A DNA stretch of 62,306 nt, filler included, from Rhabdomonas costata (taxonomy: Eukaryota): assembly GCA_019059605.1 (NCBI GenBank). It is 24 parts of 24 records of this genome, joined end to end, with 100 filler letters (N's around TTAATTAATTAA, not from the genome) between each part and the next. Parts side by side here need not be neighbours in the genome. Positions count along the whole stretch, not along the records: positions 39,018 to 41,516 come from JAHMHO010003132.1; positions 41,617 to 44,115 come from JAHMHO010003133.1; positions 44,216 to 46,713 come from JAHMHO010003134.1; positions 46,814 to 49,312 come from JAHMHO010003135.1; positions 49,413 to 51,913 come from JAHMHO010003136.1; positions 52,014 to 54,512 come from JAHMHO010003137.1; 18 more parts are not named here. One strand, given 5' to 3'. The position numbers and the translations under genes were made by a program. Position 1 is the first letter of the stretch, and every line of letters begins with the position of its first letter. The notes beneath the pieces are model-generated. The model was not told the origin of the DNA and did no database searches. It saw only the letters and a list, made by a program, of their open reading frames with translations. Positions 39,859 through 52,377 of this stretch are shown here, piece by piece.

Positions 39859-40718
39859 CTGTGCGAGAAGTACTTCCCGTGGGAGGCCCCGATCAGGAAC
39901 CCAGCGGGGGTGCGGAAGAACACGAACAGTCGCTGCTTGGGGCCGTTCAGAAGCCCCAGCAGGAAGCTGCTGACGGTATAGACGGTGGTCAGAACGCTGA
40001 GCTGGTGCGCGGCCTTGAGGTCTGTGGTGGGGACTTGGTAGTATGCCGTCATTTGGGAGACTCCAGTGTACGGATCAAACCACTGGAGAAAAGACGGGGT
40101 AGGGGTGGTCGAAAAGAAACCTTCGAGTTGGTGACAGCAACATTGCCTCCCTCAAAGAAGCACTACCAATTGTTCAAGGCTACCCCCTTCGCACCTGATC
40201 CCGTCACCATTTTAAGTTCTTCGCACTGACCGAACAAACATTCAGAACGAAGCACCAGCCTCAAACATGCCTTTGGTCTGCACGTTCTTTGTGTCGCCAA
40301 GAAACCCGACATACACATACACATAGGACTGCCAAAACAAGCTCAAAGAATTAGGGGGTGATTTGCTTCCAAGACATTCGGCGAGTAAATAACCTTCCCA
40401 TCCTCAACCCCCCGGCGAGCAACTGGAAAAACTGGGAAAAAAAAGGCAGGTGCACGCACCAGGTCGTTTTCCCACCAGAACGCCTCAGGCCGGCTGACCT
40501 TCGTGGGGAAGGTGTACAGGGAGGTGGTCAGATTCAGAAAAGGGGGCAGCGCCCGCAGGGTGGTCAGGTTGACGAACGAGAACGCCGCAACGGTGGCATT
40601 GCCCAATGCCAGGTCGCGGGTGCCCAATACCATGTACATGGTGAGCTTGGGGGTGTTGGCCACGACGTCCATGTTAAACCAGGTGTAGGTCAGGTACGGG
40701 CCCCAGGCGATGGTGGGG
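39859..40718 (-). CDS. Second Cache-like extracellular receptor fragment
   Basis: Exons 40718-40460 and 40082-39859 splice in phase 0: ..RPEAFWWENDL-WFDPYTGVSQMTAYYQVP..TVYTVSSFLLGLLNGPKQRLFVFFRTPAGFLIGASHG, resembling the membrane-proximal dCache pattern. Several N-x-T sequons. Confidence 0.45.
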
Positions 40719-41738
40719 CTTTTTTTTGTGAGGGAGTGAACGGAGTGAAGGGAATTGGTCTGCAGTCACGAGAAGCTGGGACGAACGGGGAACATTTCTT
40801 ACAACACGTCCCATCACGCGCCGCTTTTTAGCGGGCGGAGTGACGAGACGCGGAGCTGCCTTTTGCAAACGAACGCGAGCGAAGGGCCCAAGGCTTCAGA
40901 ATCCTGTGTCCAGAACCCGAAGAGGTTCCTCAGCGGGGCGGGAGGTGGGTCTCACAAAATCCAGCTTCCAACGGGAGGAGCTCTGCCCTATACATATAAT
41001 ATGCTCGCGAACGGTGCTCAACTGGGTATGCTGCGCCTGGATTTGCTTGCTCGTGTGGGCCCCGGGAGCTCTCACAGAAGTCACCCGGCAGCTTTCCCCC
41101 GAGTTGGAACTATGCTCCAGTCCACCCAATGTACGACCCTATCCGCACAAAGCGATTCCGCGGCGCCAGTCCCTCCCACGAGACAGCCTTTTCGCCTGGG
41201 CAGCGGCAAATGAGGCTGCCTCCCCTTGAAAAGCGTCAGCAGGGGTCCCAGTCCTGCCTCAGGTGCACAAGTCATCCGACCTTCAGATTAATGATGTGAC
41301 AGCACCCCATTTAGCAATTTAGCGGTATTTGCGTGAATTAGATTTGACATCCTCCTCACCTCACTTTTCAACTTTTTCAACTTTTGAACAGTGCCATTAC
41401 TAAGCTGACTAGTGATCACTACTCAACTGGTGGTTACGGGCAAACATGGGCAATCCACAACCCGGCACGAGAAATTCTTTGATCAACCCACCCCGCTATC
41501 CCGATTATCCAACCCCNNNNNNNNNNNNNNNNNNNNNNNNNNNNNNNNNNNNNNNNNNNNTTAATTAATTAANNNNNNNNNNNNNNNNNNNNNNNNNNNN
41601 NNNNNNNNNNNNNNNNGGGTGTTGGGTACTGGCCTCGGCATTCGTGAAAGGCCTTGTAAAAGTAAACGCTGCGAATGTTCACAGGTGCTATTTGGGCTTT
41701 TTTGGCGGCCGCTCCCGGGGGCTCTGTTTGCTTTACAG

Positions 41739-42531
41739 GGGATACGCTGTTCGTAGCCGGCTGTGGGCGGTTCTTTGAGGGAACAGCAAAAGACATGTAC
41801 GAAGCTTTCCGAAAGATCCGCGCCCTTCCTCCGGAGACTAAAGTGTCTGTGTTTCTGAAGCACGTGGGTTGGATGGGGCGGAAGCCTATCTGTTCTTTGT
41901 TTCACCATCACAAAGATATCTCGGTTGAGTGAGTCCAAATATCAAAGGCACAGCGATGTGTCAGGGTGCAAATCGATGAAGCTCTTCGATGCTCTGGTAG
42001 TGACAGGACAGGTTATTGATGCGAAGACATGCGCTGATGTGATGAGGACTGGCTAGATTGGTAAAGTAGAAATGGAGAGTCATGGTGATCAGCGGAAGCC
42101 TGCACCCCTCCAACCCCGTTCTAACCCCAGATTCACCATTTTCAATTGCGCATCTGCCCCACTCACTGCACTTGCTGTGTGATCTTCAGCGAATTTCGCT
42201 ACATTCCTCAATTGCTGATGAGGCTCCATCGGGTCTTTTTTGCGCGAGGCATCGTGGATGTTCGGTGTGGTACCTTTAGGTCTACTGTGGCCATGAGTAC
42301 ACGAAGTCCAACCTACGCTTCGCTCTCAGCGTGGAGCCGGACAACTCTGATGCTCGAGGCAAGCTTGATGAGCTACAGAACGTCGCCATATCTGTGCCCA
42401 GCACAGTGGGCCAGGAGCTGCGGATTAACCCATTCATGCGGTGTGACCTGAAACCCTTACTAAATGCCACCCGCACCTCCGACCCCGTGCAGTGTCTGGC
42501 ATCTCTTCGGGAGCTAAAAAATCGCTTCTGA
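41739..42531 (+). CDS. GLO2: Hydroxyacylglutathione hydrolase (glyoxalase II), 3' exons
   Basis: Exons 41739-41842 and 42280-42531: [71 protein letters not shown]. Confidence 0.96.
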
Positions 42532-43395
42532 TGGGCCAGATTCAATCTTATGGACTTCAGTTGTCTTCCTCTGAGTGCTTTGGGACTATAGTCCCTGAGT
42601 TTTTATTCTTTATTTTAAAGCAAAGTGGCATTTGGACCTTCTTGCCGTACTGACTTCATCGTGGGACCACCCCAATTTTGGGTGCTGTTAGGGTGACTTC
42701 TCGCGAGGAACTTCTTTGATGTTAGTTGCTTCTGGAAAGTTACAATTCCAGTGTAAATTTGAGTTGTGGTGTATTTGAACTTGTATTTGGAGATAACTAA
42801 ATGGTGCGTGTATATTTTGTTAGCTTTCATTCTGAATCATGAGTGATTTAAGTGATTGTACAACATTTTGCGTAAAATGAAATAAAAATCGGACCGTTAT
42901 TATTATTATTATCTCGTCACTGTTGTCGTTACAAATTAACTATTTCTGCGCAGTTTTGCATCAACTCATTTTTGTTTGCTTTGAAAGCTATTATATTGAA
43001 TAAAGCCATTAGAGATCTAGTGATGTTAAAACTTAGTTTTAGAATCAGTGTTCAGATTTTTGTTTATAGAATTCTTAACTCACTTTAGTGAGCAGGTTTT
43101 ATATCAAATGTTATTATCTGCAGCTTGAAATTGAGCATGTATAAACGCTCAATAAACTTTTAACTGTGGTATTCGACAACAAAAATGACGCTCTCAACAT
43201 TGCAAAACAAAACACAACGTGATCTGAAATTTTGTAAATGAAAGTAGCAATGATCAGCACCAGTACATGCAATTTGCATCGTTAATAACAGGTGAACTGG
43301 GATAGCAGCTAGCTAGTGTAATTTTGCTATCCAATTGTTAAATGGCTGTTCTAGTTGCCTTTTTGATTGTTATTAGTTTACATTTTACCGCTGCT

Positions 43396-43780
43396 TCACG
43401 CTTGCATGTCCTTCGGCAAGCAGCACTGCCCAATGAGCTTGCACCAGAAGGAGCGGTACCATCGGTGCTTGGTGTTGCCGGGGTCCGTGTACCGCGCCAG
43501 CTTCGATAACAGCCCATCTGGCAGTCCACACCGCAGCGCATGCAGACGCGTATCCTGCGACCACGGCAAGTTTCTTACGTCGCGCCTGTCACCATCGATA
43601 TCGTAGTTCCCCAGATGCGCAAAGGTGGTCTTCACTGCGTGTCCGCTTCTATCCTTCCGGTGCAGCTCCAGGCACCGCGCTTCCAGCTCAAATCCCGTAG
43701 GCATCGGCAACAAGTCCGCGCGCCCAAAATCTTCTGTCTTCCGTGCTCCTGCGTACTGCCCTGAACCCTGGCAAACTGTC
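43396..43780 (-). CDS. Terminal exon of an unknown gene, convergent with glyoxalase II
   Basis: TAG acceptor, GC-rich open frame (..RSGHAVKTTFAHLGNYDIDGD..) ending in TGA before an AT-rich intergenic region. Confidence 0.55.
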
Positions 43781-44595
43781 CTACCAAAAATCCTATTCCG
43801 TTCCCAGCACCTCTTCGCCGGCAATGAAACAATTATCCCCGCAGCTTACTGTGTGGAATGGAATGTGGCCGACCCTTCGGGTGCCGGTCCTTCCGGACCC
43901 TCCAAAACCAACCGAAAGCGGTGGGGGTAAACCAAATCAACCATTAGCAGGCAAAAGGCAAGAAAAAAGCAGCACCGGATTTCAAAACTTTGGGCCAGGA
44001 AAGTCTTTTTTACCCTCTGCTACCAGGTGTTATGCCGGGGCCGACTGGGCTGCTGGCACTTCCTCTTGCTTGGTTCGGTCTTCCGTTATGATCTTCAAAG
44101 TAAAGAACAACACAANNNNNNNNNNNNNNNNNNNNNNNNNNNNNNNNNNNNNNNNNNNNTTAATTAATTAANNNNNNNNNNNNNNNNNNNNNNNNNNNNN
44201 NNNNNNNNNNNNNNNGGTTTTTTGTTTTATATATTTTCCTCCGTGCTTATTTTTTGATACCTGTGTGCGTTTACGCGCTCGGTTTGTCCTCCCCCGTGTT
44301 CCCTGCCTTCCTGTCCGGGGTGTGGGGCCGGCCCCCTTGCCGTGTCTTCCCGCAGAAGGCGCTACACAGCAGGGAGTTGATCAGAAGTCCCTGCTTGTGA
44401 TTGTGTTTGCGTGATTGGTCGTGTGTGTGTGTGTGTGGGTGGGTGGGTCGGAAAAGCAGCTTCGCTGCAAACCCTTCTTGAGGCAGGAGAGTGACCCAAG
44501 GCCTCCCAGAAACCTGGTTTCTGGTATAAGGGTGAGGTCGAGAGCGGGTGAGGTCCTGCTAAGCAGACGCTGCGCTACCTCGTGTTGCTGCTGTG

Positions 44596-46280
44596 ATGGC
44601 GGTTATGGTGCGTGACCCGTACGGGCCCTCCCCTGGGGCTACGTACTTCATGGCCGCGGACGCGGACGGGACTGATGGAAAGGTGTTTCCGCCTTGGCTT
44701 GGCTTGGCTTGGCTTGCTTGGCTTGGCTTGGCTTGGCTTTGATTTGAGATGGCTTGGTTTGGTTTTATTCTGTTCCCCCAACCCCAGAGGAACTCACTGT
44801 CAGCCATTATTAACGTAATGCCTTTTCCAAACTTTATGGATGGCCGGTTTGGAGTCGGTTGTTGATTAGTACCACTTTCGTACCATTGATCAGTCAGCAT
44901 GCATACACGCACACTATCTCTAGCGCGCGCGCACGCACACACGCACACACAATCACGCATTTGCGCACTCGGTGGGACAGTATGGGGGCTTGTACTCGCG
45001 GGAGGTGGAGGAGCGCCGCCGCGGGCAGTGGACAGCCCTGGAGCCGATCAGCACGGGCACCCGCACCGTCACTTACGTTACCTTCGATCCCGTGGAGGAG
45101 CTGCTGTGGTCGGCAAGTGAGGCGGTGTGCACATCGATTTTTTTACTGGCCCCCTTTTCTGATTGCGCTGATGACAGAACCGGCAGCCAACAATACGCCG
45201 CCTGATCGGCACAAGAAAAGATTCTCAGTCAAGTGTGTGTGTGTGTGTGATGGCAGTGTACACGGAACAGGCACTGAGGTGCAATCCCGCCAATATGAAA
45301 AGGACAGAATTGTTAAACAGAGGTGAGTGCGTCAAATGGCCGGGGAAGGACGTTTCAATACTTACATCAGTACTCTGACAACACGATAACGAGACCCTGA
45401 GTGCTGTTGATAGTCCATTTTATGACTGTACACAGCGCCTCACCAATCATCAAATTGTTGCACTTCGCTGCCTTTACGTATTTTTCAGCGAATGCGACCC
45501 CGTGCCCCTCCCGTTCCGGGAAGACATCAAAAAAGGCACGGCGGTGGCATGCTCATGGCGCAAGCCCGGTCCCAAGCATGCAAGCACCAATTGAATGACT
45601 TTGTTTCATGGGGGGGAGATCAGGTAAACACTTGCGGTGCTTCCTAGGTGAGAGTTTTGGTTTGCACCTCAAAACTGCCGATGTCCAAGGGCTAGTTCAG
45701 GGTAGGGACTTGGGTCGGGAGACACGCATAATCAAAACCACAGGTCCAAACCCTGCCGTTCCGGTCCTTTCCGTTTCAGGGAAGGAAAACGCAAGCATTC
45801 TCATGAATTTCCCTCACTGCACATGATGAGCCACTCAACTGTCCTCGCACGGTAGGGCCGCGTGACCTCCTCCGTACCCTTCTTCCGGGAGGAGCCTGAC
45901 GAAGGCCCACTGTGGAATAAGTACAGCAGCTTCCAGGCCCACAGCCAGCCAGTTAGCCAGCTCCGCGCCGAGAACTGGGGCGTTCTGTCGCTTTCCCAGG
46001 GCGCCCTTCGGGTGCATGCCAAGGGAGGCCTGCCCACACACATTTTCAGGTGCCCCCGTTCTTCTGCCAGATCTCGCCCCACGTGTGTTTCCATGTGTTT
46101 CCATGTGCACTCGGTTTTTCATTTTCTCCTGCATTGCACCGCGGCTGTAGTGATGAGGGGTTCACCAATTTGCTGACCTTTGCCTATGCTGAGCCCATGG
46201 TACAGACCACCGTGGTGCTGGGTGGGAACATCCCCAGCCTGTTGGCGTACGACATCCACCAGAACATGCCTGTTGCCTCG
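44596..46280 (+). CDS. PAN2: PAN2 deadenylase subunit, N-terminal WD40 region
   Basis: Exons 44596-44682, 44981-45124, 45856-46049 and 46151-46280: VTFDPVEELLWSASEA-GRVTS..KYSSFQAH..GVLSLSQGALRVHAKGGL, matching the PAN2 N-terminus. Confidence 0.85.
44693..44739 (+). repeat. (GGCTT)n pentanucleotide microsatellite in PAN2 intron 1
   Basis: About 9 near-perfect CTTGG units. Confidence 0.9.
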
Positions 46281-46858
46281 GTGTGTGTGTGTGTGTGTTT
46301 GTGGGATGGATGGATGGATGGATCGCCCTTGCTTTCCTGGCAGGTTTTGCACGTGACAACTCTTGTCCTTTTGCTGCAATTTTACATGGTCATTTCCCCG
46401 CGGAAAGGATTAGAAAAGAGAGTATGTGGTCACTGCTTTTCCTGTAAACTACAGTGATCTGACGGATAATGTGGCACTCCATCGTCCAACCGCGTTGCTA
46501 AGTACTAAGCTCCGGGATGAGGCAATCACAAGGGCACCAACAGCAGTGGTAACCCATTCAGTGGGTCAGCACGCCTCTGATGAGGGGTGCAGAGCCCGTA
46601 GCCCGACCCGATCCGGAAGAGGAGCATACCGCAGAACAGGTGGCGAGCAGATCCCATCCCAGTGCCTCAACGCGCAGGCACTCATGCACGCACACACGCA
46701 CCTACCCAACAACNNNNNNNNNNNNNNNNNNNNNNNNNNNNNNNNNNNNNNNNNNNNTTAATTAATTAANNNNNNNNNNNNNNNNNNNNNNNNNNNNNNN
46801 NNNNNNNNNNNNNTTTTGTTTGGCTGTGGTGGGGAAAAAACGCGTGGGGAGGCCGCTC

Positions 46859-48062
46859 TCAGCGCTCGGCCCACTCCGAGGACTGCGCGGCGTCCTTGCC
46901 CAGGCCGTACAGGACGTTCTTCCACCGGGAGTCGCGGAGGCAGAAGGGCTTCAAGCAGGTTTTGATCATCTTGAAGAAGGTGTGGCAGGTGATCAGGCTG
47001 TCAGAGCCTGCCTGGTGGATCGGCCCAACGCGCTCCACCTGGGAAAGGCGCGCACGGCGCACGGGTAAACGAAACATTACTCCGCCACTTTTCACGGGCA
47101 GAAAAAGCGCCCGCGAGGCCAGCCCAATTCTTCACCGAACTGTGGTGCAATTAGATACACCGCAATCGCAGCTAAACCAGTGGCAGTGATCACTCACCTG
47201 CTCACCTGCTGAAAAGGAACCACGCAAGGAGGGGGAGGGGGAGCACTCCTTGCAAGTGATAATGGTGGCAATGTACGTGCCCCGAGATGAGATTATGCGT
47301 GGCGTTGGAGGGTTGGAGGGAGTCAGCTGGCGATGCACGTTGCCCCCCAAGATGAGGTTATCCCACCCACGAATGTTATTTTCGGCCTATTACCGGTCAA
47401 TTAGCGGTGGGGACTAGTGCATATGAAGAAAAAGTCCGCAAGAATCCAACCAAAGAGAAAAGGAGAGCAGAAGATACGCATAGGTCAGTGGCCAACTGGC
47501 TGAGCCCAGCCTTGTGGTTCAGGCTGCTGCACATCTTCATGATATACTTGATGTCGTACACAGAGTAGAAGTAGGCAGCAACCAGCTCGAAGAAGTCATC
47601 TTCGTCATCTTAAAAGCCACAACAAAACCTTGAAACAACGACCCATCTGGTCAACGCGCAGTGCGTCTGAAAAACAAAAAAACAATGAGCCACAGCCCAT
47701 TATAGTCTCACACAAGTGCACACTGTCTCAAAAGGGTTCTCAACATGGTCGCAAGGTACCAGTTCAACCAAGGCAAAAAGGACCAACTCGGGCCCATGTA
47801 TGTGGTCAGCCCGATTGGAACACATATCTAGGGATTTCCACCAGACTGTTTTTTATAAGGGGGCTTCTTTTTTTCTGTTTATCTCAAGGTTGCTTGGCCC
47901 TTATTCAGTGCGAGCTGAACCATGGTGAACATAAGCAATGGGGACGGGACCCGCCCATGGCGGTCTCTATCTCCGCTTGCAAACACTGGAAGAATGCAGG
48001 AAACCCGCCTACTTTCTCCTCTTGCTTGACTCCCCTGTCCCCCTACTTGAATGGAGAGGAGC

Positions 48063-48107
<45 letters not shown>

Positions 48108-49076
48108 CGAGAGAACCATTCAGTCAACTCCTGCCCCCAGCCCGCTGAGGATGGCGCAGAGAAGGGCGGTCCTAACCAGCTACCCTTTATTCGGGTTTAA
48201 ATAGTCTGGGTGCTGGTGTGTAATTGCCCACCTAAGATTTCCATCACAGGGGGTAACGGTTACTAACGGTCTTTGACAACGCACACAGATGTTTGTTTTT
48301 GCTTGGCAGCTGAAAAAACTGCTGGCTATGGCTGAGATGTGGGTGGACGAGTTGGACAGCGGACAGCTTTAGGAGCGAAGGACAGTCGGCGAGTGCGGAA
48401 GTGACCTGAGCAACTTTGATGTGCTCCCATAATAATTATTCTTTAACTCTCTTTAACTGGCACCCCAACAACAGCAACAACAACAACAACCTCCATTCAA
48501 TGGTTAAAAAACAACCCAGTTCGAGCAATCCAGGTGAATCCACACACCTGGGAGGCCGGCGTTGGTGAGGATTTTGATGAGGTAGCCAAAGTCATAGCTG
48601 CTGTGGAAGGAGATCCATTTTATGTCGTCGTTGAGGACCAGCCCACTGGTGGTGAGCATCTCCCCAAACACGGCGACATCGATGCCCTCCTTTAAAACGT
48701 AAAAAAGGAGCACTGGAGAGACAGCATTCCATGTGCATGAGGGAGGATGTTGAATGGCCGATTTTTTCAGTGCGGATATGGGCCTGGTGCTACAGTCACT
48801 TGGAGCGGTTGCGAAAGTGTTTCAGAAAAGTGATCGACGAGAGGCAGGAATTGTTCATGTGTGAAACAGAACGTTTGAGGCTGGTCAGGGCAAGGCAAGA
48901 GAGCGGAGAGATCAACAAATGTCTTGATCCGAAACCAACTTTCACTTCTTGTCACAACTTCTATGGTACTCAAAATGGTGCACGAGAACAAGAAGAGAAC
49001 AACCTGGTTGTGACGGTGAAAGTCCAGCCCACTGGATTGGAGCAGCTCGATCGAGTCTTGGGCGTACATGTCCATG
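46859..49076 (-). CDS. CAF1: CCR4-NOT deadenylase CAF1/POP2 (CNOT7/8), 3' exons
   Basis: Exons 49076-49004, 48689-48548, 47608-47478 and 47038-46859: DMYAQDSIELL..SGLVLNDDIKWISFHSSYDFGYLIKIL..YDIKY..VGPIHQAGSDSL..VLYGLG..-TGA. Confidence 0.97.
48061..48106. repeat. (GC)n(GT)n alternating purine-pyrimidine microsatellite in a CAF1 intron
   Basis: gcgcgc... followed directly by gtgtgt..., ~46 nt. Confidence 0.9.
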
Positions 49077-50212
49077 CTGGGTTAAGAAGTGGGGTGAAGG
49101 CGTGCCTGTTTGAGAGACTTGAAGTGCTTTCTCTTCGTAAAAAGGACCTCAACTTCTACTGGATGACCGCAGCCGTACACTGAGACTACACTAGGACAAT
49201 TTTTTCTTCCTTATTAATTCTTACCTTCTCTCCTTTCTTTTGTGCCGCCTCTTGCCTCACCTTACGATCAGCCAACTTTCCGTGCTTCATGCAAGAAAAA
49301 ACAACAAAAACCNNNNNNNNNNNNNNNNNNNNNNNNNNNNNNNNNNNNNNNNNNNNTTAATTAATTAANNNNNNNNNNNNNNNNNNNNNNNNNNNNNNNN
49401 NNNNNNNNNNNNGGGTTTTGGTTTACTTTTTGGGGTGAAGGTTTGAAGTTGTCCTCCGAAGTGTTGTTCCCATCCGCCACGTCCTACGTCTGGGCCCTTG
49501 CTCTCGCAACAGATGGGTGTGCGGGAAAGGCGGTAGGGAACCCTCTACTAGAGCGGTGAGACAGCCTTTTCACCTCCCCCTCGACGCGCTAATCCACCAC
49601 TGGGTGTCTGAGGATTCCCAGCCCTGCTCGAAGTGGCCGATTCCGCGTTCCACCGCTCACACACACACACACACCAGCAAGACTGCCTTTTTGCGTGGAG
49701 ACGAGTAAACGGACAATCAATAGACCGTACCATTTGCAAAAAGCAGCCTGCACAGCAAAACTGGCTTTCACCATCGGTTTCGAGATGGTGCACACACAGG
49801 TGCTGCCCGTTCATCCATCCGAAAGAAAAGCTCCAAGGGTTGTTCCCGCGAGAAAAGGCCCCAGCCCCCCCGGAAAGGAGTGTGGAGTCGCAGAGACCTG
49901 AGCAGCAATGAAACAATGCAGGTAGCCGATGGAAAAAGAGCAGCTGCGCCACAAAAGCCCGGTACGGTGGGGCAGAAGGGAAGTTATCATATGTAGAACG
50001 TTGGGCGGTGAGCCTGTTCCGGTTCCCTACGGCACCCTTCGCTCCAACGGCACCTCTCGCGAGCACCCGTCTGGCCAACAGTGCGCGCCCGGCAGCCTAT
50101 GGTCACCAGCAACCAGGCAACCCGTCAACCCTGCAGCAGCCAGCGTGCAATGCGCCCAACACCCACAGACATACACAGACATACACACACAATCATACTT
50201 TATCTTGGGTAG

Positions 50213-51748
50213 GTTTGTCACGGTGGGCACGGACTATTTCCAGCACACCACTCGGTGGAAGAAGCTCCGCCGGTTCGCGGCAGCCGCGCTGCCCGTGCGG
50301 CGGATCCCTCTGAACTCCTCCCGCACTGCCCTGCGGGTACCCCACGAGTCCTTCACCGTGACCTGTGGGCAGGCGGTGGCGTTCCACGTGCAGCCTGTGC
50401 TGGCGGCAGGGGAGGCGCCCCATGGCAGTGGTGGGGAGCGGCCGATGCAGAGCCCTGTAGGGGTGAAGCACCGCGATGCCGACCTCCAGCAAGGTATCCT
50501 GACCAACCGTGAATGGTTGAGGTGGGACAACTCACGAACGATCCACGCACCCGCTCACACAATCCGTTGTCGTAGCCCTTCCCCGAATCACCGGTGTTGC
50601 CCCGCGTCTCCCACCCGTACCGTACTGTAGGGCGGATGAGGGGCGGGGGCCGAAATGTGCAAGTGTACCCTGCTGACCTTCCCACTCACTCGTCTCCCTC
50701 TCCCTTGAACCTTCGTCATCGACTCTGGTCTGGCCCGTTTTGCAGGTTTTGGTTCTCAACAAACACGTTTGACACCCCTCGTGGATTGTTGCTTCGAGTT
50801 GCACTGATGCTGCACCATCTCTGCTGCACAACGGCTGTGCTGAAGTGCTTAGGGCGCGACGAAATAAGAGGTTCCGCGGTTGTTGTAGTTAAGGTGATGT
50901 GGGCAAAACCGCAGCATTACTTTGGCGCTGCTTTTCGGGTTTTCGTTTTTGTTTCTTTTCTTTTCGCGATTTTAACTTTTTGGGGTCGGTGGGTATGCCA
51001 CCCACCCACCCCTTCCTATTGCCTCGTCTCTTCTCGATGTTTTGGTTAATGCCTGGAAGAAAGTGCGACGAAAGGCTCTCTTTCACTTCCTCCTCTCCTC
51101 ACTCACTCACACACTCAATCACTCACCTACTCACTCGATCACCGGCCGCCGTCCACCTCCTCAAACAGTCCGAGCAGGTTCCGCGGGGCCTGATGCCGGC
51201 TCTGGTGGCTCTCGTGGTGGGGAGGCTGGCCCTTCTCCCCCGAACGTGCTGGTGCTGATGCTCGACGCCGTGTCCAGGCTGCACTTTATGCGTAGGCTGC
51301 CCCGCACCGCCGCCCTCCTGGAGAGGCTCCACACCTCTGGGGTGGCCTCATTGTTTCAGTTCTTTCGGTGTGGTGGGTTGGTGTGTCGTGACTTGCGTTT
51401 CCCGACTCGCACAAGAATCCTTCATGATATGGACAATATCACCCACGCTCGCCCCGCAATTGGGTGTTCTTTGCCACAATCCACTCGCCAGTCTGATGTT
51501 TGGGTCCTTCCCAAAAAAATAGCCCCATTGAGAAAGCCCCATTGAGAAAGGTCTCAACCTCAGTCACTTTTATAAAACTTCAATGAGAACTTTTTTGGTC
51601 TTTGGGTTTCGGCTCTTGGTTTTTGCCTTCCTCTGCATCCTGATCAATTCCCAGCCCCTGAAAGAAACGCACTCTCCATTACTTCCGGTAGGTATCTCGC
51701 CGTGGGCCACAACACGGAGGGCAACGTCCCTCTGATGCTCAACGGCAG
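50213..51748 (+). CDS. DUF229 / alkaline-phosphatase-sulfatase superfamily protein fragment
   Basis: Exons 51178-51367 and 51692-51748: PNVLVLMLDAVSRLHFMRRLPRTAALL..FQFFR-YLAVGHNTEGNVPLMLNG, the DUF229 motif. Upstream exon 50213-50493. Confidence 0.8.
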
Positions 51749-52377
51749 GTCTGTCATGCAAAGGGGGAGGAGGGCGTTTGTGTTTGTGGTGGTTCTGGTG
51801 AATCTAGCGAGGATCGATTTTTTCGGGGGCTGTCCCCTCACCCAGGTGCCTCGTCTTCGTTTTTTAGAGAGTTGCCGCGCTGCGACAGCGCTGCAGCTCT
51901 CTAAAAAACAAAANNNNNNNNNNNNNNNNNNNNNNNNNNNNNNNNNNNNNNNNNNNNTTAATTAATTAANNNNNNNNNNNNNNNNNNNNNNNNNNNNNNN
52001 NNNNNNNNNNNNNTGTGGTTGGTCGAGGCCTCTATCGAAGCTGTGAAGCGGCAGCAAAAGGCATGACTTTGGCGTGTAGGCACAGGCGTCCGCACTGTGC
52101 CTCCACACACACGCCCCACTTCCAGGGTCACAGTTGCCGAGCGCATCTGACTTCACCGTGTATCGGCTGCTGTGGTCTGGTAAATTTTGAGCTTTTTTTT
52201 TTGGCTTAATTCATTCATCTATTTCATCTGCAGTAGTCAAATTGCCCAATTGCACTCTTTCCCAGTGCAGGAATGTCCTCATGAAAGCAAGCGTTGCTTT
52301 TTGTATTTTCCTGCTCACTTCGCTTTCCCGCAAAGGAATCGTATGTGTTGAGGAAGCTTTCTTTATGTGGACCTCAG

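Noticed and set aside
44596..49076. PAN2 next to CAF1 as a deadenylase gene cluster
   Set aside because: They are on different contigs separated by an artificial linker, so the adjacency is coincidental.
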